Source: a virus (lineage: Duplodnaviria; Heunggongvirae; Uroviricota; Caudoviricetes). From it: a stretch of DNA of 37,585 bases. How positions within the stretch are numbered: the first letter of the stretch is position 1; each line of letters begins with the position of its first letter. Under the pieces are notes generated by a model. The model worked only from the letters and a program-made list of their open reading frames with translations, was not told where the DNA came from and made no database searches. This document shows, piece by piece, positions 10,739-19,090 of this stretch. A program made the position numbers and the translations under genes. The stretch is from IMG/VR virus record IMGVR_UViG_2675903368_000016, one strand, 5' to 3'.

Positions 10739-11263
10739 ATGATGCCAGTTAGTCGTAATCGCTGCATTTTCTTATACGTTGGTTTGGGAGAAGGTTCGGC
10801 ATTACCCGTTGGTGTGCCTGTTCCATGGCCTTCAGCCACACCGCCAACAGGCTGGCTGAAATGCAACGGTGCGCCTTTTTCTGCAGAAGAATACCCGGAA
10901 CTGGCAAAGGCTTATCCAACAAATAAATTGCCTGATTTACGCGGTGAATTCATTCGCGGCTGGGATGATGGGCGCGGGGTGGATGCTGGTCGAGATTTGT
11001 TATCATCTCAAGGGGATGCAATAAGAAATATAACTGGAGGATTTAATATCAGACCTGGATCGAGCAGTGCTTTGATTACTTTCGCTGCTGGTGCTCTTAA
11101 AGTAGCATCAAGAGTTCAAAGTGCTTATGTCACAAACACTTCAGCCACTGACAAAATTGCTGAAGGTATAGACTTCGATGCCAGTGCTGCTCCTGGAGTT
11201 GTAACTGCATCTGAAAACCGTCCAAGAAATATCGCGTTTAACTACATTGTAAGGGCAGCATGA
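10739..11263 (+). CDS. Tail-fibre variable C-terminal module A (silent alternative receptor-binding domain)
   Basis: 174-aa ORF; after an 18-aa leader (MMPVSRNRCIFLYVGLGE) read from the invertase upstream region it continues ...PVPWPSATPPTGWLKCNGAPFSAEEYPELAKAYP, a tail-collar-type motif. Confidence 0.7.
   Translation: MMPVSRNRCIFLYVGLGEGSALPVGVPVPWPSATPPTGWLKCNGAPFSAEEYPELAKAYPTNKLPDLRGEFIRGWDDGRGVDAGRDLLSSQGDAIRNITGGFNIRPGSSSALITFAAGALKVASRVQSAYVTNTSATDKIAEGIDFDASAAPGVVTASENRPRNIAFNYIVRAA
10767..10792 (+). other. 26-bp invertase crossover site Z (hix/gix-like)
   Basis: TTTTCTTATACG-TT-GGTTTGGGAGAA, an imperfect dyad around a central TT; exact reverse complement of site Y. Confidence 0.7.
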
Positions 11264-11865
11264 TGAATAAAGTTGTATTAAATAGTGAGCTTATTGCTAC
11301 AAAGGCGGGGAGTGTTACCGTTTATAATTATGATGGCGAAACACGGGAATATATTGCCACATCAACTGAACATCTTGCTGTCGGTGTCGGTATCCCGGTA
11401 TGTTCTTGTTTAGATGCTCCGAGCTCAAACAAAGCTGGTTATGCAATCTGCCGTTCGGCAGATTTAAACTCATGGGAATATGTGCCAGACCATCGCGGTG
11501 AAACGGTCTATAGCACCGAAACAGGAGAATCAAAAGAAATCACCGCTCTGGGTGATTACCCTGAAAATACAACCACTATCGCCCCGTTAACGCCATATGA
11601 TAAATGGAATGGTGAAAAATGGGTGGCGGATACTGAGGCACAGCATAGCGCCGCAGTAGAAGCGGCAGAAGCACAGCGCCAGTCACTGATTGATGCTGCA
11701 ATGGCTTCCATTGGTCTGATTCAGCTGAAATTACAGGCCGGACGGAATCTGACGCAGGCAGAAACCGCCAGACTTAACGCTGCGCTGGATTACATTGACG
11801 CGGTGACGGCAACAGATACCAGCACGGCGCCGGATGTCATCTGGCCTGAACTGCCGGAGGCGTAG
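11260..11865 (+). CDS. Tail-fibre assembly chaperone, module A
   Basis: 201-aa ORF immediately after module A; conserved chaperone-type C-terminal end (...APDVIWPELPEA). Confidence 0.7.
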   Translation: MMNKVVLNSELIATKAGSVTVYNYDGETREYIATSTEHLAVGVGIPVCSCLDAPSSNKAGYAICRSADLNSWEYVPDHRGETVYSTETGESKEITALGDYPENTTTIAPLTPYDKWNGEKWVADTEAQHSAAVEAAEAQRQSLIDAAMASIGLIQLKLQAGRNLTQAETARLNAALDYIDAVTATDTSTAPDVIWPELPEA

Positions 11866-12277
11866 GCCATTCAATATCTGGCGCACTGGAAGTATCGACC
11901 AGTTCCAGTGCGTCCAGATAATCCAGCCACAAATTATATTGCGCCAGTTCCTCACCTTTCAGGCGACCAATCGCCGCTTTACCAGGCCATTGCTTACTGT
12001 GTGTGTATTCGTTGACCTGATTAATCAATTGCTGCTTTTCCAGTTCGGCTGCGGCAATTTGTTCCTCATGAGTTGGCGGTGGAATATCAATCCATGCAGG
12101 CATTCCGTCGATGACACCTCTGTATTTTCCTTCTGGTGCTTCCTTCATAAATTCGGCGGCAACAGTGTCGTCAATTTCGATTCCATCACCGGGCCATTCG
12201 CCGGATTCCTGATAAGCGATTTTAAGCTCCACAGGGAAAAACGCATTTTTATCGGCACTGAAAATATATTTCTGCAT
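11837..12277 (-). CDS. Tail-fibre assembly chaperone, module B (full length)
   Basis: 146-aa ORF MQKYIFSADKNAFFPVELKIAY... convergent with chaperone A; C-terminus ...APDIEWPTPPAVQAR. Confidence 0.7.
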   Translation of the reverse strand: MQKYIFSADKNAFFPVELKIAYQESGEWPGDGIEIDDTVAAEFMKEAPEGKYRGVIDGMPAWIDIPPPTHEEQIAAAELEKQQLINQVNEYTHSKQWPGKAAIGRLKGEELAQYNLWLDYLDALELVDTSSAPDIEWPTPPAVQAR

Positions 12278-12279
12278 TT

Positions 12280-12678
12280 CTACCGTCCTATCGAAATATA
12301 ACTGAATCTGTATTGCTGTGAGATATCACTGGTTGCCACACGCCACGCTGAATTACTGATATGTTCAAAATTTACAGACAAAACCTGCGGGGCAGGATTC
12401 GACGGGGCTGACTGAACGGCATCAGACATAACACTGACTGAAACCATCGGCTGATTAGGGAATGGTATAGGGAAGTGTCCACTGATAAAGCGGGTCGTGT
12501 TTCCTGAAAAAGTGCCAAACTGAACAATATATCCACCTGGTAGCCTGAACCATCCCGAACCAGAAGCGAATGCTCCCATATCCGGTATCTGATTATCTCC
12601 TGTGCCCACATCCCTTTTCGCCGCTTCTCCCAAACCAACGTATAAGAAAATGCAGCGATTACGACTAACTGGCATCAT
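12280..12678 (-). CDS. Tail-fibre variable C-terminal module B, stand-alone duplicate copy
   Basis: 132-aa ORF with the same 18-aa leader, then a sequence identical to the C-terminal 114 aa of H. Confidence 0.6.
   Translation of the reverse strand: MMPVSRNRCIFLYVGLGEAAKRDVGTGDNQIPDMGAFASGSGWFRLPGGYIVQFGTFSGNTTRFISGHFPIPFPNQPMVSVSVMSDAVQSAPSNPAPQVLSVNFEHISNSAWRVATSDISQQYRFSYISIGR
12625..12650 (-). other. 26-bp invertase crossover site Y (hybrid site)
   Basis: Plus strand TTCTCCCAAACC-AA-CGTATAAGAAAA; left half identical to site X, right half identical to reverse-complement Z, with identity switching at the central AA. Confidence 0.7.
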
Positions 12679-12699
12679 CCCCGATTTTTATTCAAGGAG

Positions 12700-13443
12700 A
12701 TGATCATGCTTATTGGCTATGTACGCGTGTCAACAAATGACCAGAACACAGATTTGCAACGTAATGCACTGAACTGCGCGGGATGTGAGCGGATTTTTGA
12801 GGACAAAATCAGTGGCACTAAGTCCGACAGACCGGGGCTTAAAAAACTGCTCAGGACACTATCGGCAGGAGACACTCTGGTTGTCTGGAAGCTGGACAGG
12901 TTGGGGCGCAGTATGCGGCATCTTGTTACGCTGATAGAAGAGTTGCGTCAGCGTGGCGTGAATTTCCGAAGCCTGACTGACAGTATTGATACCAGCACCC
13001 CAATGGGCCGTTTCTTTTTTCATGTCATGGGGGCCCTGGCTGAAATGGAACGCGAACTGATAGTTGAACGTACCAGGGCGGGGCTGGCTGCAGCTCGTGA
13101 TAAAGGCAGAGTAGGTGGACGCCGTCCTAAGTTGACCACCGAACAGTGGGCACAGATTGGACGCTTACTCGAGGCCGGAGAATCAAGACAGCGTATTGCA
13201 CTGATTTTTGATGTGGGTGTTTCCACAATTTATAGAAAATTTCCGGCAAATAAGAGTAATGAAGTATTTTCCTTCTGGTGCTTCCTTCATAAATTCGGCG
13301 GCAACAGTGTCGTCAATTTCGATTCCATCACCGGGCCATTCGCCGGATTCCTGATAAGCGATTTTAAGCTCCACAGGGAAAAACGCATTTTTATCGGCAC
13401 TGAAAATATATTTCTGCATTTCTACCGTCCTATCGAAATATAA
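12700..13443 (+). CDS. Serine DNA invertase copy 2, C-terminally fused to 59 aa read antisense through a truncated chaperone gene
   Basis: First 188 aa identical to copy 1 (nucleotide identity 12625-13263 = reverse complement of 10154-10792); diverges after ...FPANKSNE. Confidence 0.8.
   Translation: MIMLIGYVRVSTNDQNTDLQRNALNCAGCERIFEDKISGTKSDRPGLKKLLRTLSAGDTLVVWKLDRLGRSMRHLVTLIEELRQRGVNFRSLTDSIDTSTPMGRFFFHVMGALAEMERELIVERTRAGLAAARDKGRVGGRRPKLTTEQWAQIGRLLEAGESRQRIALIFDVGVSTIYRKFPANKSNEVFSFWCFLHKFGGNSVVNFDSITGPFAGFLISDFKLHREKRIFIGTENIFLHFYRPIEI
13264..13419 (-). pseudogene. Truncated tail-fibre assembly chaperone B (first 52 codons only)
   Basis: Sequence identical to the 5' end of the 11837-12277 gene, then abruptly joined to the 3' end of invertase copy 2. 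Confidence 0.7.
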
Positions 13444-14828
13444 CTGAATCTGTATTGCTGTGAGATATCACTGGTTGCCACACGCCACGCTGAATTACTG
13501 ATATGTTCAAAATTTACAGACAAAACCTGCGGGGCAGGATTCGACGGGGCTGACTGAACGGCATCAGACATAACACTGACTGAAACCATCGGCTGATTAG
13601 GGAATGGTATAGGGAAGTGTCCACTGATAAAGCGGGTCGTGTTTCCTGAAAAAGTGCCAAACTGAACAATATATCCACCTGGTAGCCTGAACCATCCCGA
13701 ACCAGAAGCGAATGCTCCCATATCCGGTATCTGATTATCTCCTGTGCCCACATCCCTTTTCGCCGCTTCTCCCAAACCAAGGTATGAGAGAAGACCAGCG
13801 ACATCCTTTCCACTCAAATTAGTCAGCGTATTGTCCAGCGGTTGTTTACCTGCCAGCGCATTAAGCATTGTCGTGGCAAAGTTCGGATCATTCCCCAGTG
13901 CCGCCGCCAGTTCGTTCAGTGTATCCAGTGCAGCAGGTGCAGACCCCACCATTGCTGCAATTGCCGATTTCACAAAAGCCGTGGTGGCAATCTGTGTATT
14001 GTTAACCGACTGTGCGGCAGTGGGGGCTGTTGGCGTTCCGGTGAGTGCCGGACTTGACAGCGGCGCTTTCAGTGCCAGCGCATTGTTAATGGTGGTACTG
14101 AATTTCGGATCATTGTTAATGGCTGCGGCTAATTCTTTCAGCGTGTCCAGCGTGGCTGGCGCACCATTAATCAGGGCCGTCAGTGCCGCCTGAACAAACG
14201 CGGTGGTCGCAACCTGCGTGGTGTTATTCCCTGCCGCTGGCGTTGGCGCTTTTGGTGTCCCGGTAAACGTCGGACTTTCTTTCTGTGCATACTGTGAATG
14301 CGGGTCCGGTGCGGCAAGATGTTTTGCCATCTGATCATCCACGTACACCTTCAGCTCCAGTACCTTGTCATCCACATACTTGCGGGTTGCCAGCACTACG
14401 GCAGGGTCGATTTTCAGGGTGATATTGTCCGTGCTGCTGGTAATCAGCACCATGCGCACGGTCTGGGTACGCCCGCTGCCTTCAGCCAGTTGCGGTTTAT
14501 AGCTTTCCGGGCAGTTCCCCACGGCAATCAATGCCCCTGACTCATCAAACAGGCCCACTTCACGTATCCACCAACCGCCCTCGTTTTCAGGGATCACCTG
14601 TTCAGCAATAATCTGGCTGCTGTTCTGCGGGTCGATATAGAGCATATTCAGCGCAGCCCGGCGTTTCTCATTTACCAGTGCCGTCTGCTTTGCGTCCGGC
14701 GTCGGCAATGCTCCGCCGCCATCGCCCACCGCCATATGGGTAATTTTTAGCGGCACACCGAGCGCGGCGGCGCTGGCAAGTTTCGCCGCGCCAATATCCG
14801 TCAGCAGGGTATAAAATTTTGTGCTCAT
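13422..14828 (-). CDS. H: Tail fibre protein gpH, currently carrying variable module B
   Basis: 468-aa ORF; constant N-terminal part with repeated ...TTAFV...APA.LDTL.ELAAA... motifs, then LGLGE junction and module B C-terminus. Confidence 0.85.
   Translation of the reverse strand: MSTKFYTLLTDIGAAKLASAAALGVPLKITHMAVGDGGGALPTPDAKQTALVNEKRRAALNMLYIDPQNSSQIIAEQVIPENEGGWWIREVGLFDESGALIAVGNCPESYKPQLAEGSGRTQTVRMVLITSSTDNITLKIDPAVVLATRKYVDDKVLELKVYVDDQMAKHLAAPDPHSQYAQKESPTFTGTPKAPTPAAGNNTTQVATTAFVQAALTALINGAPATLDTLKELAAAINNDPKFSTTINNALALKAPLSSPALTGTPTAPTAAQSVNNTQIATTAFVKSAIAAMVGSAPAALDTLNELAAALGNDPNFATTMLNALAGKQPLDNTLTNLSGKDVAGLLSYLGLGEAAKRDVGTGDNQIPDMGAFASGSGWFRLPGGYIVQFGTFSGNTTRFISGHFPIPFPNQPMVSVSVMSDAVQSAPSNPAPQVLSVNFEHISNSAWRVATSDISQQYRFSYISIGR
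13767..13792 (-). other. 26-bp invertase crossover site X inside H (constant/variable junction)
   Basis: Minus strand TTCTCTCATACC-TT-GGTTTGGGAGAA; half-sites match at 10 of 12 positions; encodes the LGLGE junction. Confidence 0.7.
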
Positions 14829-15430
14829 GGATTCACTCTCATTGTGTCAATAACATGGACCGCCCCGCCTTCATGCGCGGTGCCACCGGAAATAATCGTT
14901 TCGTTGATATACGGATAGATCGTGATTTCTTCGCCAAGATAGCTGGCGGCTCCCACCCAATGCGGGCCGCTGGTCTGCAGATTGATGGACATGCCGATCA
15001 TGTGGCGGCTACATGGTTTGGCATCGCTTATCAGTCGCTCAAGTTCCAGATAGGTATCTTCAGTGATGCCCTGGTCCTGCACGCCGATATCCAGGCGAAA
15101 CGTGCCCGGTGCCTCTCCGGTTTGCCACCACTCAATAATGCGGATCAGAAAGCCGAACGGCTCCACCACCCGCCGCACGGCACTGGTGGTCCCTTTATGC
15201 TGATGAATATAAAAAGCATCCTTCACCACCTGGCGCTTGACGCTTTCTGTCCAGCCCTCGTCCCAGCGATCCACAGAGAACGCCCAGGCGAGATAAGGCA
15301 GGAAACTGACCGGACAGGTTGCCGGATTCCACAAGTCACGAAGCGGCACCTGCAGATCAGAAATCCCGCTGCAGGTTTGCGCCAGTCGGCGCTCCAGTGG
15401 TGTTGAACCCGGTGGCAGCAGACTATTCAT
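14825..15430 (-). CDS. I: Baseplate protein gpI
   Basis: 201-aa ORF between J and H; P2 order V-W-J-I-H. Confidence 0.8.
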   Translation of the reverse strand: MNSLLPPGSTPLERRLAQTCSGISDLQVPLRDLWNPATCPVSFLPYLAWAFSVDRWDEGWTESVKRQVVKDAFYIHQHKGTTSAVRRVVEPFGFLIRIIEWWQTGEAPGTFRLDIGVQDQGITEDTYLELERLISDAKPCSRHMIGMSINLQTSGPHWVGAASYLGEEITIYPYINETIISGGTAHEGGAVHVIDTMRVNP

Positions 15431-16370
15431 CCGTTCCTCCGTTGGTTACGCTCCACTGCGTACATGATGCCGCCTGTGTTTTGTTCAGGACCACATCCGC
15501 CAGAGGAGAAGCCAGCTCCACACGCTGCACACCCTCAACATGCAGGGCGGCAAAGATGGCGCTACGGCGAATATCCCGACCAAGACGCGTCTGACTGGCG
15601 ATGTACTTCTGCAGGCTGGCTTTTGCCGCTGCCATTACCGGCTCTGCTTCCGGTCCCGGATAGAGAAAAATGGTGGCTTCCACGCGATACGGGATGATTT
15701 CTGCGCTGCGAACCGTAAGACGGTCAGCCACCGGGCGGACGTTCTCACTGTTCAGAGCTTTTTCCACCACGTCCAGCAGGTCTTTTTCTGCAGTTCCATC
15801 GCCTTCGCGGCTAAGGACTGTCAGCACCACCTCTGCAGGTGCCGGGCTGGTTGCACTGGCATCCGCCACCCGACCGTCGGCGCTTCGGGCATGAAATTCA
15901 TAAGCTGCAGTTGGCCCCGCAACTGAAAGCCCTTCAAAGGCTGCAGGCACACGCAGGCGTAACGCTTCATCGCTTTCCATCACAGCTGCAACGGGCGGCA
16001 CAGCGTCATTATCAGCAGGCGTCACCGTCAGGCGTTTCACGTTGTAGTTGGCAGCGAGCTGGTCAAGATCGCTGCCCATCGCGTAAGCCACCATCACAGC
16101 CTGCGCGGCTTCGTTAATGCGCTGGCGCAGAAGCAACTCACGGTAAGCGTTCTCCTGCAGCAATTTGGTGACGGGTTCAGATTCCAGTTTCAGCGTGCGG
16201 ATCACTGCTTCCTGCTCATCTTTCGGATGAAGCGCAACAAATTCGGCCTTGCGTTCGGCAAGCAGCGTCTCAAAGTCCGGCACATCCACAATCTGCGGCG
16301 CAGGCAACTGCGAAAGGTCAATCACTGCCATTCTCTGCTCCTGTTGATACGGAAAGGGAAACAGGCACAC
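15423..16370 (-). CDS. J: Baseplate protein gpJ
   Basis: 315-aa ORF; position and size fit P2 J. Confidence 0.8.
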   Translation of the reverse strand: MCLFPFPYQQEQRMAVIDLSQLPAPQIVDVPDFETLLAERKAEFVALHPKDEQEAVIRTLKLESEPVTKLLQENAYRELLLRQRINEAAQAVMVAYAMGSDLDQLAANYNVKRLTVTPADNDAVPPVAAVMESDEALRLRVPAAFEGLSVAGPTAAYEFHARSADGRVADASATSPAPAEVVLTVLSREGDGTAEKDLLDVVEKALNSENVRPVADRLTVRSAEIIPYRVEATIFLYPGPEAEPVMAAAKASLQKYIASQTRLGRDIRRSAIFAALHVEGVQRVELASPLADVVLNKTQAASCTQWSVTNGGTDE

Positions 16371-16677
16371 CGTTATTACGCCGCCCGCTCAGCGCCACCA
16401 CCATTGAACCGTCAAAATTGCTGTTGATGGTGATGGAATCCAGCGTCATCCGTGGCTCCCAGCGACTCAGCGCCACATACACTGCCGACATGACCTGCAG
16501 GCGTAATGCCGGATTTTGTGGCTGGTCTATCAGTGCCGACAGCAGGGAACCATATTCACGGCGAGCAATGCGGCTACCCTGCGGCGTCAGCAGAATGTCC
16601 CGCACCGACTGGCGCAGATGGTCAATATCAGTAATGGCTTTACCGCTGGTATTGTTCATCCCGCTATAAAGCGTCAT
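16318..16677 (-). CDS. W: Baseplate wedge protein gpW
   Basis: 119-aa ORF between V and J; gp25/W-like size. Confidence 0.8.
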   Translation of the reverse strand: MTLYSGMNNTSGKAITDIDHLRQSVRDILLTPQGSRIARREYGSLLSALIDQPQNPALRLQVMSAVYVALSRWEPRMTLDSITINSNFDGSMVVALSGRRNNGVPVSLSVSTGAENGSD

Positions 16678-17252
16678 ACCGGGCCTCCGGTTGTATCGCC
16701 GCCTTTCAGGACGCCAGTATGCTGATGCGCATCAACCACGATCCCGTTAGAACTCATCGCTCCGCCGCCCTGGGTAACGCCACCATTGATCACCACTTCG
16801 CTGTTAATGCGCGTGCGGTCAGCCTCCAGTACAAACTCACTGGTTTTCATGGTGATGTTGTCAGCGGCCTCAATGACCATTGATTTGATGCCCCTGACAT
16901 ACCAGCGCCCGGTGGCGGGTTCATATTCAAACCAGCCACCGTCAGGATGTTCTGTCACGCAGGCGTCCGCCGACGTCGACGGTGGTGCGAACTGATTCGA
17001 ATAGACAGCGGGCAGCGCAAAGGCAGTCTCCAGATTGCCGCCCAGACTCAGCAGCACCACCTGCTCACCTTCTGATGGTTTCCACCATGTGCGGGCATTA
17101 CCCGCGCGCAGCGTCAGCCAGTTAATCCAGTTAGTTTCAAGGTCGCCCGTTTTCACCCGGCAAAGCCAGTTTGTCCTGTCCACTTCGGTGACTACCCCAG
17201 TGCGGATCAGGTTGGTGATAAGGCGCATGATTTCGGTTAATTGTGCGTTCAT
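16674..17252 (-). CDS. V: Baseplate spike/assembly protein gpV
   Basis: 192-aa ORF at the head of the V-W-J-I-H cluster. Confidence 0.8.
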   Translation of the reverse strand: MNAQLTEIMRLITNLIRTGVVTEVDRTNWLCRVKTGDLETNWINWLTLRAGNARTWWKPSEGEQVVLLSLGGNLETAFALPAVYSNQFAPPSTSADACVTEHPDGGWFEYEPATGRWYVRGIKSMVIEAADNITMKTSEFVLEADRTRINSEVVINGGVTQGGGAMSSNGIVVDAHQHTGVLKGGDTTGGPV

Positions 17253-17298
17253 AGGGAAAGGTTGCCATCAGGGGAAGAAAGGCGGCAGTGCTGCAACT

Positions 17299-17316
17299 TG
17301 TATCAGTGCTGATACA
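17299..17316. promoter_or_regulatory. Candidate Ogr-dependent late promoter element (TGT-N12-ACA) for the V operon
   Basis: TGTatcagtgctgatACA, a near-perfect palindrome about 50 bp upstream of the V start, between S and V. Confidence 0.5.
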
Positions 17317-17320
17317 AAAA

Positions 17321-17767
17321 TCACCCCGCCAGCCATTGCAGAATCATGTCGCGGGTCATTGCCTCAACATCATCATTTACACCCAGAAGGCGACGCTCTG
17401 CGTAACGGACCTCCGGTCCTTTGCGGCTGACGCGATCACGTAAGCCGTAGTGATGAACACGGGCAATGCGCTGTACCTTGCCTTCAAACTGCACGCTGGC
17501 AGAGTCGGCGCTGGCGGCAGTTTTCAGGTATTTTGTGGTGCGCAGCTTTGTAAACATCTGACGTTTGATGCGCCCCTTTTTGCTGCGTGCTGTTACCCTG
17601 CGCGGCTCATAACTGCTGCCATCAGGATTGCGCTGCATCCTGATGTTCTGCTGCTGTGTCCGGCGCAGTTCCTGCGCCAGCTGGCGCATCATGCGGCTTC
17701 TTGCGGCTGGCTCCAGATTCGCCAATAATGCACTCAGCCAGTTGTCCACCTTCTGCAGTTCAGCCAC
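17321..17767 (-). CDS. S: Tail completion protein gpS
   Basis: 148-aa ORF; P2 order R-S-V. Confidence 0.75.
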   Translation of the reverse strand: MAELQKVDNWLSALLANLEPAARSRMMRQLAQELRRTQQQNIRMQRNPDGSSYEPRRVTARSKKGRIKRQMFTKLRTTKYLKTAASADSASVQFEGKVQRIARVHHYGLRDRVSRKGPEVRYAERRLLGVNDDVEAMTRDMILQWLAG

Positions 17768-18212
17768 GTTTCACCGTCCACATTTCTTCAGGTTCATCAG
17801 GTTCCGCTACCGCTTCAACGTTCGACACACTGCCGTCAGTGCTGACTAGCACACGCTCCGTCAGTTGCAGGTTAAGGCTGATATCACAGACATCGTTGCG
17901 CAGAATATCCACCTCAAAGGTGAATAGCTTTTCCCGTAACGCCGGGTTATTGATGGCATCGGGCTGGTTATCCCGCAGCCACAGCAAAACCGGGGCCATC
18001 AGCAGATTCTGGTCGCCGCTGAAATCCTCAATCACCACGTTCAGGGTGTAGCGGTACTCCCATGACATGGAGCTGGCCCCCGTGGCAACCAGCGAACCGT
18101 TATCCACAAACAGATGCAGTTTGTCCGGGTTATTGCGGACATAAGGCACCGCTTTATTGAGGGCGTGGCGCAGGGATTGTGGTTTGTTCACTGTTTCGCT
18201 CCTGACACGCAA
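17760..18212 (-). CDS. R: Tail completion protein gpR
   Basis: 150-aa ORF downstream of the lysis genes; P2 order lysB-R-S. Confidence 0.75.
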   Translation of the reverse strand: MRVRSETVNKPQSLRHALNKAVPYVRNNPDKLHLFVDNGSLVATGASSMSWEYRYTLNVVIEDFSGDQNLLMAPVLLWLRDNQPDAINNPALREKLFTFEVDILRNDVCDISLNLQLTERVLVSTDGSVSNVEAVAEPDEPEEMWTVKRG

Positions 18213-18444
18213 TAATCATGTCCACTTTGTCTGCACAGACCGCCCAGGCGGCCTCCGTTTCATCCAGCAATGCGTTCAGATCACCGTTAGTGCGCGGCGC
18301 TGTCTGATCCAGCCGACACGGCGTCACTCGCGGACAACCACTGACGGTAAGCTGCACCTCCGGTGAGTGCCGGACGTTCCCGCAGCCGGATAATGTCAGC
18401 AGGCAAAGGAGTATCAGCCCAGCGGCGTAAATCCTCGTTCTCAC
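18154..18444 (-). CDS. lysC: LysC, o-spanin (Rz1-like lipoprotein) embedded in lysB and extending into R
   Basis: Alternative frame inside lysB with signal peptide and lipobox (LLCLLTLSGC); Pro-rich C-terminus. Confidence 0.65.
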   Translation of the reverse strand: MRTRIYAAGLILLCLLTLSGCGNVRHSPEVQLTVSGCPRVTPCRLDQTAPRTNGDLNALLDETEAAWAVCADKVDMIIACQERNSEQTTIPAPRPQ

Positions 18445-18715
18445 GTTTCAGTTCCTCGATCCGGCGTTGTCGTTGTCTCAGCTGTGCGCTGGTCTGTTCT
18501 GCTTCGGCATAGAGCCGCGCCTGCTCCCGGTTATTGGTTTCAGTCAGAATGGACAGGCTGATAAGCTGGCTGTTGCTCTTTGCCAGTGCCTGGCTTTTGC
18601 TCTGCAGCTCGTTTGCCTGCGTGCTGATGGTCTGGCTGGCATCAGCCAGCCGCCACGTCTGCCAGCCCAGCGCCGCCAGTAATAACGCCAGCACAACCAG
18701 CAGCAACCGGTTCAT
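18287..18715 (-). CDS. lysB: LysB, i-spanin (Rz-like)
   Basis: 142-aa ORF with N-terminal transmembrane anchor (LLLVVLALLLAALGW) and coiled-coil periplasmic part. Confidence 0.75.
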   Translation of the reverse strand: MNRLLLVVLALLLAALGWQTWRLADASQTISTQANELQSKSQALAKSNSQLISLSILTETNNREQARLYAEAEQTSAQLRQRQRRIEELKRENEDLRRWADTPLPADIIRLRERPALTGGAAYRQWLSASDAVSAGSDSAAH

Positions 18716-19089
18716 GCTGCTACCTGTTGCGCCATCTGATTACGGGTGATCCAGAAGGCAATAACGGTCAGCAGATAAAAGACCAGGGTAATAGCCCACC
18801 CCGTCCATGCGAGACTTACAACAATCAGCAATCGCATCACCCAACAGATAAATACATTTTCTTTTCGGGTAATTGTCTTCAGCAAAGATGTCCTTAACTC
18901 CTGCCAGAGCGGGCCATTCTGAATTAACGCAGCCAGTGCTACCGGAATTACCGCCCATGTCAGCAAACAGGCTACCCAAACGCCGGACGCTGCCAGTACC
19001 GGAAAGATCCCCTGCGGATACACCATTGCTGCGATTAACAGCGCCATCCATAACATCAGAAACAGTCCGCTGATTAATTTCTTTTTCAT
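18712..19089 (-). CDS. lysA: LysA, lysis-timing membrane protein
   Basis: Multi-TM small protein after the endolysin; start moved to internal MKKKLISGLF..., which overlaps the K stop. Confidence 0.65.
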   Translation of the reverse strand: MKKKLISGLFLMLWMALLIAAMVYPQGIFPVLAASGVWVACLLTWAVIPVALAALIQNGPLWQELRTSLLKTITRKENVFICWVMRLLIVVSLAWTGWAITLVFYLLTVIAFWITRNQMAQQVAA

Positions 19090-19090
19090 T

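Noticed and set aside
13264-13443. The 59-residue C-terminal extension of invertase copy 2 as a functional added domain
   Set aside because: It is the antisense translation of the truncated chaperone remnant, so most likely an accident of the rearrangement.
10154-13792. Explaining the invertase/tail-fibre duplication as a simple mis-assembly of two orientation isomers
   Set aside because: Not adopted as the default: neither orientation of a canonical single-invertase locus contains the 13263/13264 junction or a plus-strand invertase copy, so simple collapse of isomers does not produce this structure. It still needs long-read confirmation.
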